A stretch of 64,000 nucleotides of DNA from positions 186,001 through 250,000 of the forward strand of contig RHPI01003389.1 in NCBI GenBank assembly GCA_009103225.1, given 5' to 3'. Shown piece by piece: positions 38,668-51,042 of this stretch (its first letter is position 1; each line of letters opens with the position of its first letter). Position numbers and translations under genes: made by a program. The notes below the pieces were generated by a model, which was given only the letters and a program-made list of their open reading frames with translations, did not search any database and was not told the origin of the DNA. Source of the DNA: Chlorokybus atmophyticus. Its lineage: Eukaryota; Plantae; Mesostigma and Chlorokybus algae.

Positions 38668-40477
38668 GATGGATCAAAGAAGTGCTGCAGTGCTATGGTT
38701 GAAGTGAGTGTCCCTTCTCAGCAATGATTGAGTTCTGGTCTCCACATCACTGGGTGCTACTCATGCTATGAAGATTAGTGTCCTCCTTTGCTACTGATCC
38801 AGCCACTGGCATCAGCGTGTGGCAGTCATTCAACCAAGTATCAAGTAAGGTTGCTAACCCGAGTATCAGCATTGTGTCTACCCCATTTCTGCATCACAGG
38901 GTCTCCTTTGACTTCTACCTGAGCCAACCGAACCCAGCCCAATGACCCCAAAGTGAACCCCCTGTCATCGCACAGCGGTCAACCTCCTGCCGCAAACTCA
39001 ACGGACCCGCCACAGGTTATCAAACCACCCCATCCAGATGGGACCCAAGTCAAGGACTAGCAGCTGGTCCAGGTGGAGGAGGAGAAGGAGGAGGAGCACA
39101 GCTAGGGCAAGGATCAGGCAGAGGCGGAGACGGCGGCGGAGTCACATGGTGCGCGCACGGACAGTGAGCCACGTGACACCCCAGCACTGGCGTTTTTCGC
39201 TCGCGACGGAAAAACGATTGGATTGATCAAATGTCACTCAACAATTCATTTATTCATCAGCAAAGCAATCAATCTGATGTCCAGCGGTCATGAGCTAAAG
39301 GGGGACACATCAGGCGTGGTGAAATGAACGATCGCTGCAGTGTTTTCTGAAACCGAAAGCAAGACAGTGTTACCTAAAGCCTTGACTGGGTAAGAGTAAT
39401 GTAATTCATCTTATAAAAGCACATCCATTCTACGAAAGCACAAATCCATAAACAACAACTACACACAAACATGTATCGGTCTGGATAAGGTGCAGTGTAA
39501 CATCTGCAGCCCAAATTGGGGGTCACGTGACGTGCCTCTTACTCTCGCGCCACTTGCGCGATCCGGATCGGTAAATAACCTCGGTACAAGTCAAAGAACG
39601 CCTGAACCCGTTGCTTTGGTCGATCAGGGTCGGAGATTCCAACTTGGACTTAGTCGTTCGATTGCGCGTGATTCCGATCCCTCGATCGGACGGCTTCAGA
39701 GAGTGCTCACGCAGCGTTGCTGCAGCAACGCGGCGCAGGAGAGCGCCTGCACCTGACAGCGTCTTTGCAGCAACGGCGGTAGCGGTGTGCAGGCGCACGC
39801 TTGCTGCTTGACCATGTGGCTGGCGTTGTCCGTGTAGTGGTCCAGGGTGTCTGCTGGTGGAGCTCGGCAAGCAAACAATCTGGAGGTACAGCTTCGCAGC
39901 TGCGAAGCTGAGCTGCCGTGTGGTGGCTGCACGAGCGCTGCGCTCGCAGCGCAGCGCAGGGGGGCTTGCATTGTGACGGACTGGTCGAATATGCTTGGAT
40001 GTGAGGTTGAATTGTGTCGGCATCAGCGCTCCCGTAGCTGTCGGCGTCATTGTTGAGCTCAGCTGTAGATTAGACAGGTACCGTCGTTGAGCTGGAAGCT
40101 GCAGCAAGCGCAACAGCCCACGGTCACTCGCAGCAGGTACACCTCCTGTCGAGCGCACATGCTCTGTGTGCATGCCAGAGCACTCTGAGGCGCTGCATTT
40201 CGTGTGTTTGCGCAGTCGGGTGCTACAACACCAAACATTTGCATGCTGCTACATGCTCAATTGCCTGGACTGCGCCATGGCAATCAATGATGCGAGTGCT
40301 TACAATCGCAGATTGTCACAGCTAAGCCAAGCATTGAGTGCTCCGGAAGTGTCACCAGCCAACCTGCTATACAGTGACTGCGCTGTGTAGTTGCTTGGTG
40401 TAGTCGGGGTCCAGCAACAATGGCCTAGTGGCTAGGCGGAGCTCTACTACAGCAGCGGCGAGCTAGCCAGCATTCCC

Positions 40478-42739
40478 ATGCCGGTTGCAATAGTACAAGC
40501 GACCCTCGTGGTTGTCACAGCAGTCATGTCACCGCCATCACCTCCAGCAACGGATCGTCGGCAGCAGCACGACCGCAACCAGCAGAGCCAAAGACCGCCG
40601 CTGCTTGTGCCCCCAGCTACACAGCCTGGTCCGGATGAAGGCAAGGTCGTCTTCGTTGTGAACCCCAAAGGTATGTGTGATGAATGCTTCACAGCTTGTA
40701 AGAAGCTGTAAGGTACTTAGCAACTGCTGCATTGCCTGGCAGGCCGTAATGGCAGCACAGGCTCTGCGTGGGCAAAGCTGCTGCCGCAGCTGCAAGCTCG
40801 CCTGGGTAGGGAAAAGGTCAGCACACACACATAGCATGCATTCAGCTCAGGCCAGATAGTTCCTTCCAACATCCACCACAACACAGCGCGACCGCATGCA
40901 GTGTTCATCAAGCGTCGCGCGTGGCAGGTGAAGGAGAGGTTTACCAGTGCTCCAAAGCACGCAGAAGAAATTGCAAGAGAGGTACAATTGGCTACTGCCT
41001 AGGATGGATTGTGATGTGTGTGTGCGGTTGTTGCACACAGGTAAAGTAATGCGTGGCATGTCGTTCATGGTAGGCTGTGCGCGATGGGGCGCAGGCGGTC
41101 ATTGCTGTTGGAGGCGACGGTACGATAAGTGAGGTGAGGTTTATACAGAATCTAGGCTCAGCTACCATCAGGATGTGTTAGCTTGTAGCCTAAACCCATT
41201 GGCTGACCATGCCACAACTGAGTGCAACGCATACCACACATTGAGTCTGTAGTGGAGCGCCTGCATGAGGCTTTGTTGAAGTTTCATTGACTGAAAGTGC
41301 TGAAACCTTATAAATGACAGATGTTCGTCTGTTTGTCCATGACCACATTGGTTCGGATTTGGGTTAAACACACGTACCTGTTTTCCTCGTACAGGTGGTG
41401 AATGGATTCTTTGAGGATGGCAAGCCTGTGAGCAAGCGAGGTACCTCCAGCCAGTCTACTACAGCTATGGGGGTGCGTGCTTATCTTGTTAAGCGACACA
41501 GAATTGTGCAATTACTTTAAGCTTTTTACTGCTGCCAACATGTACTTCCTCCTGCAGATTGTGCCCATGGGCACAGGCTCGGACTTTATCAAGACCTTTG
41601 GCTGGTAAGTGCAAGTGCGCGATTATATCTGTATGTCTGCGAAGGCACGCTAACAACGGCTCAGGCTCACCTATTATGTGTTGCTGTTCGCAGGAACACG
41701 GATGCCCATGCAGCCATAGACAGGATTGTGGTAGGTATGTGCAGCTGCTTGGTCAATCAATCAGTGCATTATGTTGTGCCAGCGAGGTCGGAAACAAGGG
41801 TATGCAAATGTTGCCTGGCAGGCAGGCGAATGCCATTAGACGTTGGCAGAATACGCACACGCGGAAAGGAGCGCTACTTCTGCAACGTGGCCAGTGTGGG
41901 ATTGTGAGTGGTGTACAGTAGCTGGTTGCACTGCTGCATGTCAAATGCGCTGGGTTTATAATCCCACATCGATCGCCAGTATCTACCTTGACTCCTGCTT
42001 GTGCGTCAGATCAGCACAGAGTGCCGCACTTGCGGAAAGGTGGAAATGGACTGGTTTGCTGACTTATACAGTGGCTACATTGCAAGCCTTCACTAAACAC
42101 AGCAACCAGGCCTGCAAGATACGGGTAAGACTAGGACTCGCACGCCTTGACTGAGTGTTGCTGTCTTGAATGAGTATCAATGTCATCACATCAGCCTGTC
42201 CTAAACGCATCCATGTGTCCAGATTGACGATGGCCCATGGCAAGAGCTGCCCGCGCTTACGGCCATGGCCATTGGCAATGGCAAGTTCTTCGGCGGCGGC
42301 ATGAAGATTACCCCTAATGCGGATCCATCAGATGGCTCTCTAGAGGTAGGTGCATTCTTGCTTAATCACGTTTGGTTTTTTTTGTTGCTTACATGGCCCT
42401 GGTCATCAATTTGCTTCCGTGCAGGTGGTAACTTTCCAAGACTACGGCCTGGTCAGTTTTGCGCTGCGCAGCTTTCAGCTATTCAGAGGAACGCATGTTT
42501 CGGCTCGCGGCGTCCAGGTCCGGAGGTAAGGTTGCGCAATCAGCTCATTCGTCGAGTGGTTGACATGGTTGTGTATCAAACCTTGTTGTGTTTGCAGAGC
42601 TCGTAAGCTGGAGATTGCGCGCATGGACACAGATAGCCTTTCGCCGCTGCCGTTCCTAGTGGATGCTGATGGTGAAGCAGCAGGGGTAACACCCGCGACT
42701 TTTGAAGTCATACCTGGCGCTATAGAATTACTCTGTTAA
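40478..42739 (+). CDS. LCBK2: Sphingoid long-chain base kinase 2-like / YegS-DAGK family lipid kinase (start tentative)
   Basis: VFVVNPKG; AVIAVGGDGTISEVVNGFF; IVPMGTGSDFIKTFGW; YFCNVASVGL; AIGNGKFFGGGMKITPNA; VDADGE..TPATFEVIPGAI. Confidence 0.88.
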
Positions 42740-44178
42740 GGCCATTTTTGCATGTTTTCGCCGCCACGCTTTCAATGTCTGCTGCCTATATGCAGGTCCC
42801 AGGGCAAATACCATGTCCATACTGCAGCCCTCTATTGCAGCAGCTATTGAAGCAGCTATTACTCTCTAAGCCCTGTGTGAGCCCAAGACGCATTTCGCTT
42901 GCTATGTATTACTACTACTACTTATGCATAAACTTCGTAGTATGCGCAGACTCTTGGGTTTGGTCAGCGATAGACCCATCACGTACGATGTAATTGTCTA
43001 TTGTTTGTTTACAGCGACAGCGGTTGAACACAATCAGGCTGTGGACTTTGTGCTTGCCAGTACTGAGCGCATTGCGTATGCGCTCATTTGTTTGTGGCAA
43101 TCTTGAAGAAGTATGTGTACCTAGCATGGTATAGCTGTTTAGAAGATATGCGATGCTGTGATTGTGTCTGCCATATTCGCTTGGCTCTAACAACAGATGT
43201 TAGGATGACAGTTCCTGATCTGGCAGTGGTTGTAGAGCACGAAGTGGTTTACAACCACAATTCCAGTTGAGCCTGGTCCATGATGTATTGTCTTCAGTCC
43301 CTGCACTTGTAGTCTCCCGTCATCACGCATACAATTACCACAACAAACATATGCAGTTGCATCACTTTTCAGCTTGCTTGCCACTTGAGCACGGCGAGGA
43401 TGGCGACTGCACAGAGACAACTTGACGCTACTGGCGACAGGTATGGTGGCAGCACTGACAACGGACGCTTGCACGTCCATATTGAGGAATATAGTTGGTG
43501 GCAGCCTTGATTGTACATCAGGAGTTATGCAAAAGTTTTTCTCAAGTCAACTTGTTCACAATCTATTATTCTCGTATACCCCACAGCGCATGTAAGTATT
43601 AGCTATGCTGCTGCATGGGGTGGTTGGTTACGACAACTGGCTAACAATCTTGGCACACAATGAACCGCTGAACTGTTGTCAACGTGCTAGTAGCAGACAC
43701 TCAATCTTAGTGTATGTATGCAAGCGCATGTGACTTGGGGGTAACGTAAAGGCGCTGAGTACTGGATTATGGTATGATGTTCTGCTTACAATCCGAAATA
43801 AGTGGATGCACAGTGCATGGCGGTTACAATGTTGCAACATTGAGAAATTGAGGTGTCAAACACTCTGCAACGCAGCCGTAGTGTTGACATGTTGTGGTGA
43901 CACAGCAACCTTACACAGCTTGAACACACACGCTGCTGGTTGGAATGAGTCTAACAGGCACTATTCATGTACCATAAGTTTGTACCAACCATCATCACTT
44001 GCAAACAACTTTTTCCTCACAAGCTTCACATAGTAATTCAAAAAAGTGTACACCAGTTTCTGTCAGCTATGCACAACTGTACACAAAATTGGGGGCTAAC
44101 ATATCGCATCAATTCTATGACCGAATAGAAGATTTGACCGCATCAACAGCTCCACTAGCTGCATCAACTCCTCCCAAC

Positions 44179-47080
44179 TTACTGGGGTCCTGCAAAAGGG
44201 CAACACCATTTCAGACACCAGCATCATGATGAATGCGACAGCAATTTTGCACACAACATCATTGTCTCTTCCAGCTGAAAATGCTTCAGACCTGACCTTG
44301 TGAGGTGAGATCACGGGCAGAGCGGTTGATCTGGTCGAAGACATTGCCAGCCTGGCCAAGAGTGTTCTTGATGGTGTCCTGCATATGAAACAGCGTTAAT
44401 CACTGACGACATATTACAGCATAACTGCAATGCAACAGAACAATCTGGAAAACAAGTCACTTACCCCTCCGGAGCGGGCGAAACGGTCAGCATTCTCAAG
44501 GGGATTGGCGCTGCCAACAGTGTCCTCAGCCTGCTTCTGGGCGTTGCCGAGGGCGCCGCGGACTCTCTCACCAAGGTCACCGCCGGTGCTGCTGCTCTGC
44601 TTGTCAAACTTGCCCTGAGCCTCACCGAAGCGGTTGTTGACCCTGCCTGCAGCCTTCTCAGCCTGACCCTTGGTGAAGTCATCAGCGCCGGAGGTCTGGC
44701 CCTGGCCGAAGTCGAAGCTGCGGTTGTCGAGGTCACGGCCAACATTGGGGAGCTGCTTCTCAATGTTGGAGGCCTGGCTCTGACCCTGGTTGAAGAGACC
44801 CTTAGCCTTGTTGGCAACATCACCAGCGTCGGGAGCCTGGGACTGAGCCTGACCGAAGAAGCCCTTGACCTTGTTGGCGACATCACCAGCGTCGGGGAGC
44901 TGGTTCTGGGCCTGGCCAACGAGGCCCTTGGCCTTGTTAGCCACATCATCAGCGTTGGGGGCCTGGGCTTGAGCCTGGCCAAAGAGACCCTTGGCCTTGC
45001 CGGCAACCTCATTGGCATCGGGAATCTGATTCTGAACCTGGCCGAAGATGTTCTTGGCCTGGTTCTTCACATCTCCAGCGTTGGGAGCCTGAGCCTGGGC
45101 CTGGCCAAAGATGTTCTTGGCCTGGTTGGCAACATCGCCGGCATCCGGGACCTGGTTCTGGACCTGGCCGAAAATGTTTCTGGCCTTGTTCTGCACCTCT
45201 CCCGCGCTGGGAACCTGGGCCTGGGCCTGGCCAAAGATGTTCTTGGCCTGGTTGCCAACGTCGCTGGCATCAGGAACATTGTTCTGGACCTGGCCGAAGA
45301 TGTTCTTGGCCTGGTTCTTCACGTCTCCAGCAGTGGGAACCTGAGCCTGAGCCTGGCCGAAAATGTTCTTGGCCTTGTTACCAAGGTCGCTGGCGTCGGG
45401 GACCTGGTTTTGAGCCTGGCCGAAGATGTTCTTAGCCTTGTTGCCGATGTCGCTGGCGTCAGGAACCTGAGCCTGAGCCTGCCCGAAGATGTTCTTGGCC
45501 TTGTTGCCAAGGTCGCTAGCGTCAGGGACCTGGTTCTGAGCTTGGCCGAAGAGACCCTTGGCCTTGTTGGCAACATCACCAGCGTCGGGGAGCTGAGCCT
45601 GAGCCTGGCCGAAGATGTTCTTGGCCTGGTTGGCGACATCACTGCCACTGGGGACCTGGGCCTGAGCCTGGCCGAAGATATCGTTCGTGCCACCCACATT
45701 GCTTGGTGGGGCCTGGTTGATGGGAATGCCAAGGATGTTCTTGGTCATGGAAAACCTATTGTTGTTGCTGTTGGGCATCTGGCTCTGAGCAAGGAGAGAG
45801 TCCTCCTTGGCAGCGGAGCGGCTCTGGCCCTGACCGAAGATGCCCTTGGCCTTGCCTGCGACATCATTGGCGTTGGGAAGCTGGTTCTTGGCCTGTCCGA
45901 AGGCGTTCTTGGCCTTGCCTGCGACATCATTGGCATCGGGGAGCTGGCTCGTGGCCTGGCCAAAGGCGTTCTTGGCCTTGTTTGCAAGGTTGTCGGCATT
46001 GGGGAGCTGGTTCTGGGCCTGGCCGAGAATGTTCTTGGCGTTGCCGGCTATCTGGTTGGCATCAGGGACATTGCTCTGAGCTTGGCCGAAGATGTTCTTG
46101 GCCTTGTTGGCGATGTCATTGCCGTCAGGGAGGTTGCTCTGAGCCTGGCCGAAAGCGTTCTTGGCCTTGTTCGCCAGGTTGTCGGTGCTGGGGAGCTGAT
46201 TCTGTGCCTGGCCGAAGGCGTTCCTTGCCTGGTTGCCAATGCTGTTGACGTCAGGAGCCTGCGCCTGGACCTTTCCAAAGAGACCCTCCGCCTGACCCTG
46301 AGCCTTGCCAAACAGACCCTCAGCCTGGCCCTGGGTCTTGCCGAATAGCCCCTGAGCCTTGCCAGAGACTTCATCAGCAGCTCCCTGAGCAGTACCCTGG
46401 GCGTTGCTGAAGAAACCCTCCGCCTGACCCTTGAGCTTATCTGCCTGGCCCTGCGCCGCCCTGGCCGCCGCCCTAGCCTCAATGCCCGCACGACCAGCTT
46501 CACCGAAAGCCAATGCAGGGTTAGCCTGTAACAACCACAAAGCGTGTCGGCGTCTGTTATGCACCATATACACTCAATGCAGCTGCTGCAGGCAAAGATA
46601 TGCAACGATGAAAAACCCTAACCAGCAAGCGACATGCTCTTACCGGTGCAGCGATCAGCGGCATTGTAGCCAGCAGAGCGGTGAGGCCCAGGGTGGCGGC
46701 CTTCTTGCCAGCGCCATTGCTCTTGCGCTCATCAGCCTCGGCACGCACTACCAGGGAGCGCTGCAGACACAACAACTGTCAACATTGTTCAAACTGAGCA
46801 TATCCTCCGCTAACCAATAGTGACGTCACTAGCACATGCAAAGCTGCGTGACACGTCGGCTGCATTCACCAGTGCATTCACCACTACAAACACAGCAACC
46901 ATCGAGCAGGCATGCTGAACCAAACTGGGGGGGCAGGATATGTGAAGCACAGTAGCATGCATGCATGTTTGGGGCGCTAACCTGCACGGGCTGTGGGCGC
47001 TGGGAGGTGTGCTTTGCCTTGGAGACTCCGAGTTGCTCTCCGGAGACGGCCTTCAGCTGAGCGGCGATTGCTTGAGCCAT
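44179..47080 (-). CDS. Large LEA/apolipoprotein-like tandem-repeat protein with a bipartite chloroplast/thylakoid-lumen targeting signal
   Basis: Exons splice in phase 0: MAQAIAAQLK..PVQ|RSLVVRA-EADERKSNGAGKKAATLGLTALLATMPLIAAP|ANPALA-FGE. About 5-6 11-mers are followed by 21 copies of a 21-aa unit like FGQAQAQVPDAGDVANKAKNI. Two short 3' exons end ..GPQ*. Confidence 0.85.
46818..46860. promoter_or_regulatory. bZIP palindrome and overlapping DRE/ABRE-like element in intron 1 of the repeat-protein gene
   Basis: TAGTGACGTCACTA (46818-46831); GCCGACGTGTC on the minus strand (46850-46860). Motif match only. Confidence 0.35.
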
Positions 47081-48039
47081 GGTTGCGTTTCCAAACTAGC
47101 GACTGTAAGCTTTCTTACACGGTTCTATACACACACAAGCGCTCAACAAGATTCAACGCACAACGAACTGTACACAAGCTTCTCTTTGAAGTGCAGCGTG
47201 GCCAGAATGGGGGCCACGGCAGAGTTTATATCGAGTGCGTTGTGTTTCGAGAAACTCTTTCTGTCATCTGCGCGCGTGGCAGCCGGTTGCATGCGAGAGA
47301 TCCTCCGTTAGAGCTCGGAACGATTATCATTGACGTTTTGGAAAATCACCGCTGTCTGGTGCGAAACCTTAGGGGCAATGCTACTGATATCTGAGATCTA
47401 TGGATATCGTTATCCTACGCTGAGCGCCAGCATCTCGATCTCTCACGGATCTCTTCGGACTGTCCGAGTCAGACGGGCAGGTCTGACATCAGCGCGATTA
47501 TGATCTCTTGTGTGGTATTTTCCCCTTTCGTCTCAGTGGGCTGACATTCGTACATGAGCTTGCAGTTTATAATGCAACGGATGAACTCAATGCCGGCCGT
47601 TGCGCATGTGACGTGGCGGTCCGTGTCGTCGTCAGTGTTGAGTCGTCACCATTGGAGCTGCGCGTCACGGTCCGTGCCTCTGGGCGTCACGCGCATAGTG
47701 TGAATGCTAGATGGCATTAAAGAAGTGCAATGCTCAACCGTGCTCACAGCCATGAGCAAAAGCATGCATACAACGCCATGTTGATCTATCAGCGTTTATC
47801 AATCAAGCACGCACGCACGCAAGCCGCTAAGTACTGGCCCTAAGTACAAGCGCAAAGCCTTTGCTAGCTCACACCAACAGGGTGGTGTACACGCGTGCAC
47901 AGCGCACGCGCTCTCACCATGCATAATGGCAGCGTTACCGGCGCTGTTGTTGAATACTAAAGCATGTGTGTATATCTTGCTTGTAGTATGGTCGACCTCC
48001 TCGCTTCAATAGCATATGAACATTGTCACATCAAGTTCT

Positions 48040-49700
48040 TAAGCGACTTAACATAATTTTGGAATTGTGGAATACTTTACATTTGCGCACATTTCACAAC
48101 AGTCGCAGCTGCCCCTCATTGCATTGCATTGCATGCAGCCGTGTATAGCTGTTTTGCTTTATTATATAATAAAATATCATAAAAATAAATATCATAAAAC
48201 GTTTTTAAACAAGGTTACCATACAAGGTTACGCAAAATTTACAAGTAGTGTTAAGTAAAGTAAGGTAAACCGCAAGTTCACGAAACTAATTGAAGAGTCT
48301 GCGTCGCCGAAGATACAGTGACCATGCCATTAGCTCAATTTGAAATATTTTAGTTTCTTACACGTGCATATTAATCAATTAACACATCACATTTAATATG
48401 TAATCTGTTTGTGAATATGATGCATGTTGTGTGGGTATGTTTGTGGAACAGAAGTTCTTACCTTCCATATACAAACCTTTAAGAAATTGAGATTTGTGTA
48501 CATATTTTTCGATATACATACGTATTTGTAACATTACTATTGTTGAAACTACAATTGCGATGCCCATGTAATAGTCATGACAGTAAGCATGTTTTGTTGA
48601 TATAGCCCGCCATCTAATGCAGTTGATGACTTGTACTACATATTATTGTTATTTGCAACATTTGCCACAAATATCATAAACAAAATGTTACACTAATAAC
48701 CAATTGACGAGTACTACTGTTATCAGTTTAAGCAACATTAGAACCATGAATGTATTCAAATTTATTTAAAAAGAGTTAATATTGGATTAGCATGTTGTTT
48801 TTTAAACATAAACAATTAAAAATCGTATTGTTTATTTTTTAGCCGTTATGTTAATGTTTTGTTATACAGGTCATTGACATTGTACAAGCATGGATCTAAA
48901 CTTCAAATATGAAGCGTTGCCTAAGGCCTTTGCAGGCCTTATTGGACACATTATGTGTGTCATCTCGGTCTCCCCTATCATCCATGTATATTGATGCCCA
49001 TCTCGGATTGCGTTGTTTCTAGAAGTTTTGCACTTGATTACGCCACCGTGGTTGAACCATTGTTGTAACATCTCAAGCTTGTACACAAACGCAAATAGTG
49101 CCTAATATGGAGACAATGTCTTTTAACAAGATGATGGCTGCCATACCACTTGTTAAGACTGGTGCAAAAAGTGATACCGGACCATTAATGGGTTTGCAAG
49201 TTTAAAGTATATAGCATTTGCTATATATACTCGTCCAAAATCTTGCCAAAAGAAATATCGGTATACAGAATAATACCGGAAAACTATTGCACTTAATTAA
49301 TTCATACTGCAGCACCTCCATGGTTTTTTTTTGAAGTCATACAACGACGGCAACACATCATGCCCAGTGAGCGATTATAAAGTATCCATGATACCCTGTA
49401 TTTAACATATCATGCTATAACTTATCATGCCAGTAACTTTCTAGCCAATAGTTGATGCTTATGCAATAATGCAAGCGCCCTTGCTTTATTATTGGTATGT
49501 GTTAACAACAAACACATATTGTCACGCCTGCAAGGCAAGGCTTTACTCGTTTTAATAATATCGCTTGCTATAGCATAGCTTGCCAATAGGATTGCAAATA
49601 TCTCTCCCATGCAGGTGTTTGTACAATGCATGAGGGGTGGTTTGCAATCGGTTGCAAGATCTACCTCTGAGCCCAAGGGCCTTAGGCAAGGAATTTTTCA
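48040..49700. other. AT-rich island without an intact ORF
   Basis: Visibly AT-rich compared with its flanks; only short broken ORFs. Confidence 0.7.
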
Positions 49701-50388
49701 AGAATTGAGATGAGCCAGCACAGGGCCAATCAGTACGCAGTCATATGATGTGATGTGACATGCTATGTTGCTTCATATGAGGACAGCCCCGCGTAAATAT
49801 CACTCGCGTAAGGTGCTATGCTGTGACAAGCAGGCACAAAGCAATTAAGTAATGTGCTTGCTTGGTAGTGCTACAGCCTAAGGTGGCACCTGACTGAGGT
49901 CAACACATGTGGCGCTGAGAGCACTTAGCAAGCTGGCTGATAAGGTGCTACTCGGCCAATGCGTGGCCAAGTGGGAAGGCAGCCGATGGAATACATAAGG
50001 AGGTTGCTGGCAGTGTGTAGACAATCACAAGTGTTAGGCTCCTTGTGCTCACTACGGTGTAAGGGGTGCTTGGCGGTAGTTGTTCAAGGGGCCTTCCCCT
50101 GCTCTATGTTAAGTAGGCTGTGTCGCGGTGCTGTGTTGGGGGCGGTGTGCGAAGGACGACTCAAGTCTAGGCTTCTTAAAGGGTGTGTCTTTACGAGCCT
50201 GCTCAAATGAGAAGGGCTTTAAACTTTCCCTCACTCAGATGGTTAAACTTGAAGACTGATCAGTGCTGTCTTGCATACAAGCATTACGAGCTGCAGTACT
50301 GCAGCACATGCAACCATGCCGGAAGGATCATATTACAACCTGGAAGTACAGCAAGACCGTCTTGCTATACTTCCCAAAGGGCCTGCGT

Positions 50389-50895
50389 TGTAACAGCACT
50401 ACCGTCGCCGGTGATGCCCCTTCAATCCTCTACCCAAACACCCACACCGCCTATGACAAGCCTTTCAGCGGCGTGGCCGCCACTGAGCAGAGAACTGAAA
50501 GTCCCTCACATCAGTTTGATGTGGCCTTTTATATCAAGAGTAAATCAAATATATACCTCTCGATAATTAACTCACAACTAGACATCGACCCTACAGAAAG
50601 GGTAGTTAAAAAATCTAGCGTGAGTCAATCACAGATAAGGTACCTATCGAAAGATACCTATCGTAAGGTACCTACTGAGATAGTGATCACATTTTATTAA
50701 ATGTGACATCAAAGAGGCTTGAATAAGCAATTCTACGCCCATTGGGACTTATTTAAGCTATGATAAAGCATCATAGCCTTTTATAAGCGAGGAACCGTGG
50801 AAATGAGGTATACATAAGCATATTTAGATACTTATTTATACAAAATGTGTTAATTAGGTAGCAATAACACCCCTATTATTATTGCTCCCGTTACA
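50389..50895 (-). repeat. 3' LTR (507 bp)
   Basis: Direct repeat of 56878-57397, adjacent to the PPT. Confidence 0.95.
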
Positions 50896-51042
50896 TTTCC
50901 CCCCACTTAGGTTTTCAACGTTCTCGTTGAACTCAAGTTGATCAGGCTTGATTTTGAGTAATTGTAACCAGTGAGATAGCAGGAAATGACAGGGTGGTAA
51001 TGAAACTGCACTGCCAGTTTGTCATAAAAGCAAGCCCACAGT

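Noticed and set aside
39523-40173. 216-aa minus ORF between kinesin-8 and LCBK2
   Set aside because: No recognisable motif, non-ATG start, several overlapping frames equally open in GC-rich DNA.
44969-46348. 459-aa plus-strand Leu/Val/Gly-rich ORF
   Set aside because: Antisense shadow of the 63-nt repeat coding region; the minus-strand frame has the targeting signals and splice sites.
49425-49676. GEIFAILLA as a possible RNase H motif
   Set aside because: Other catalytic motifs (DG, TDS) not found.
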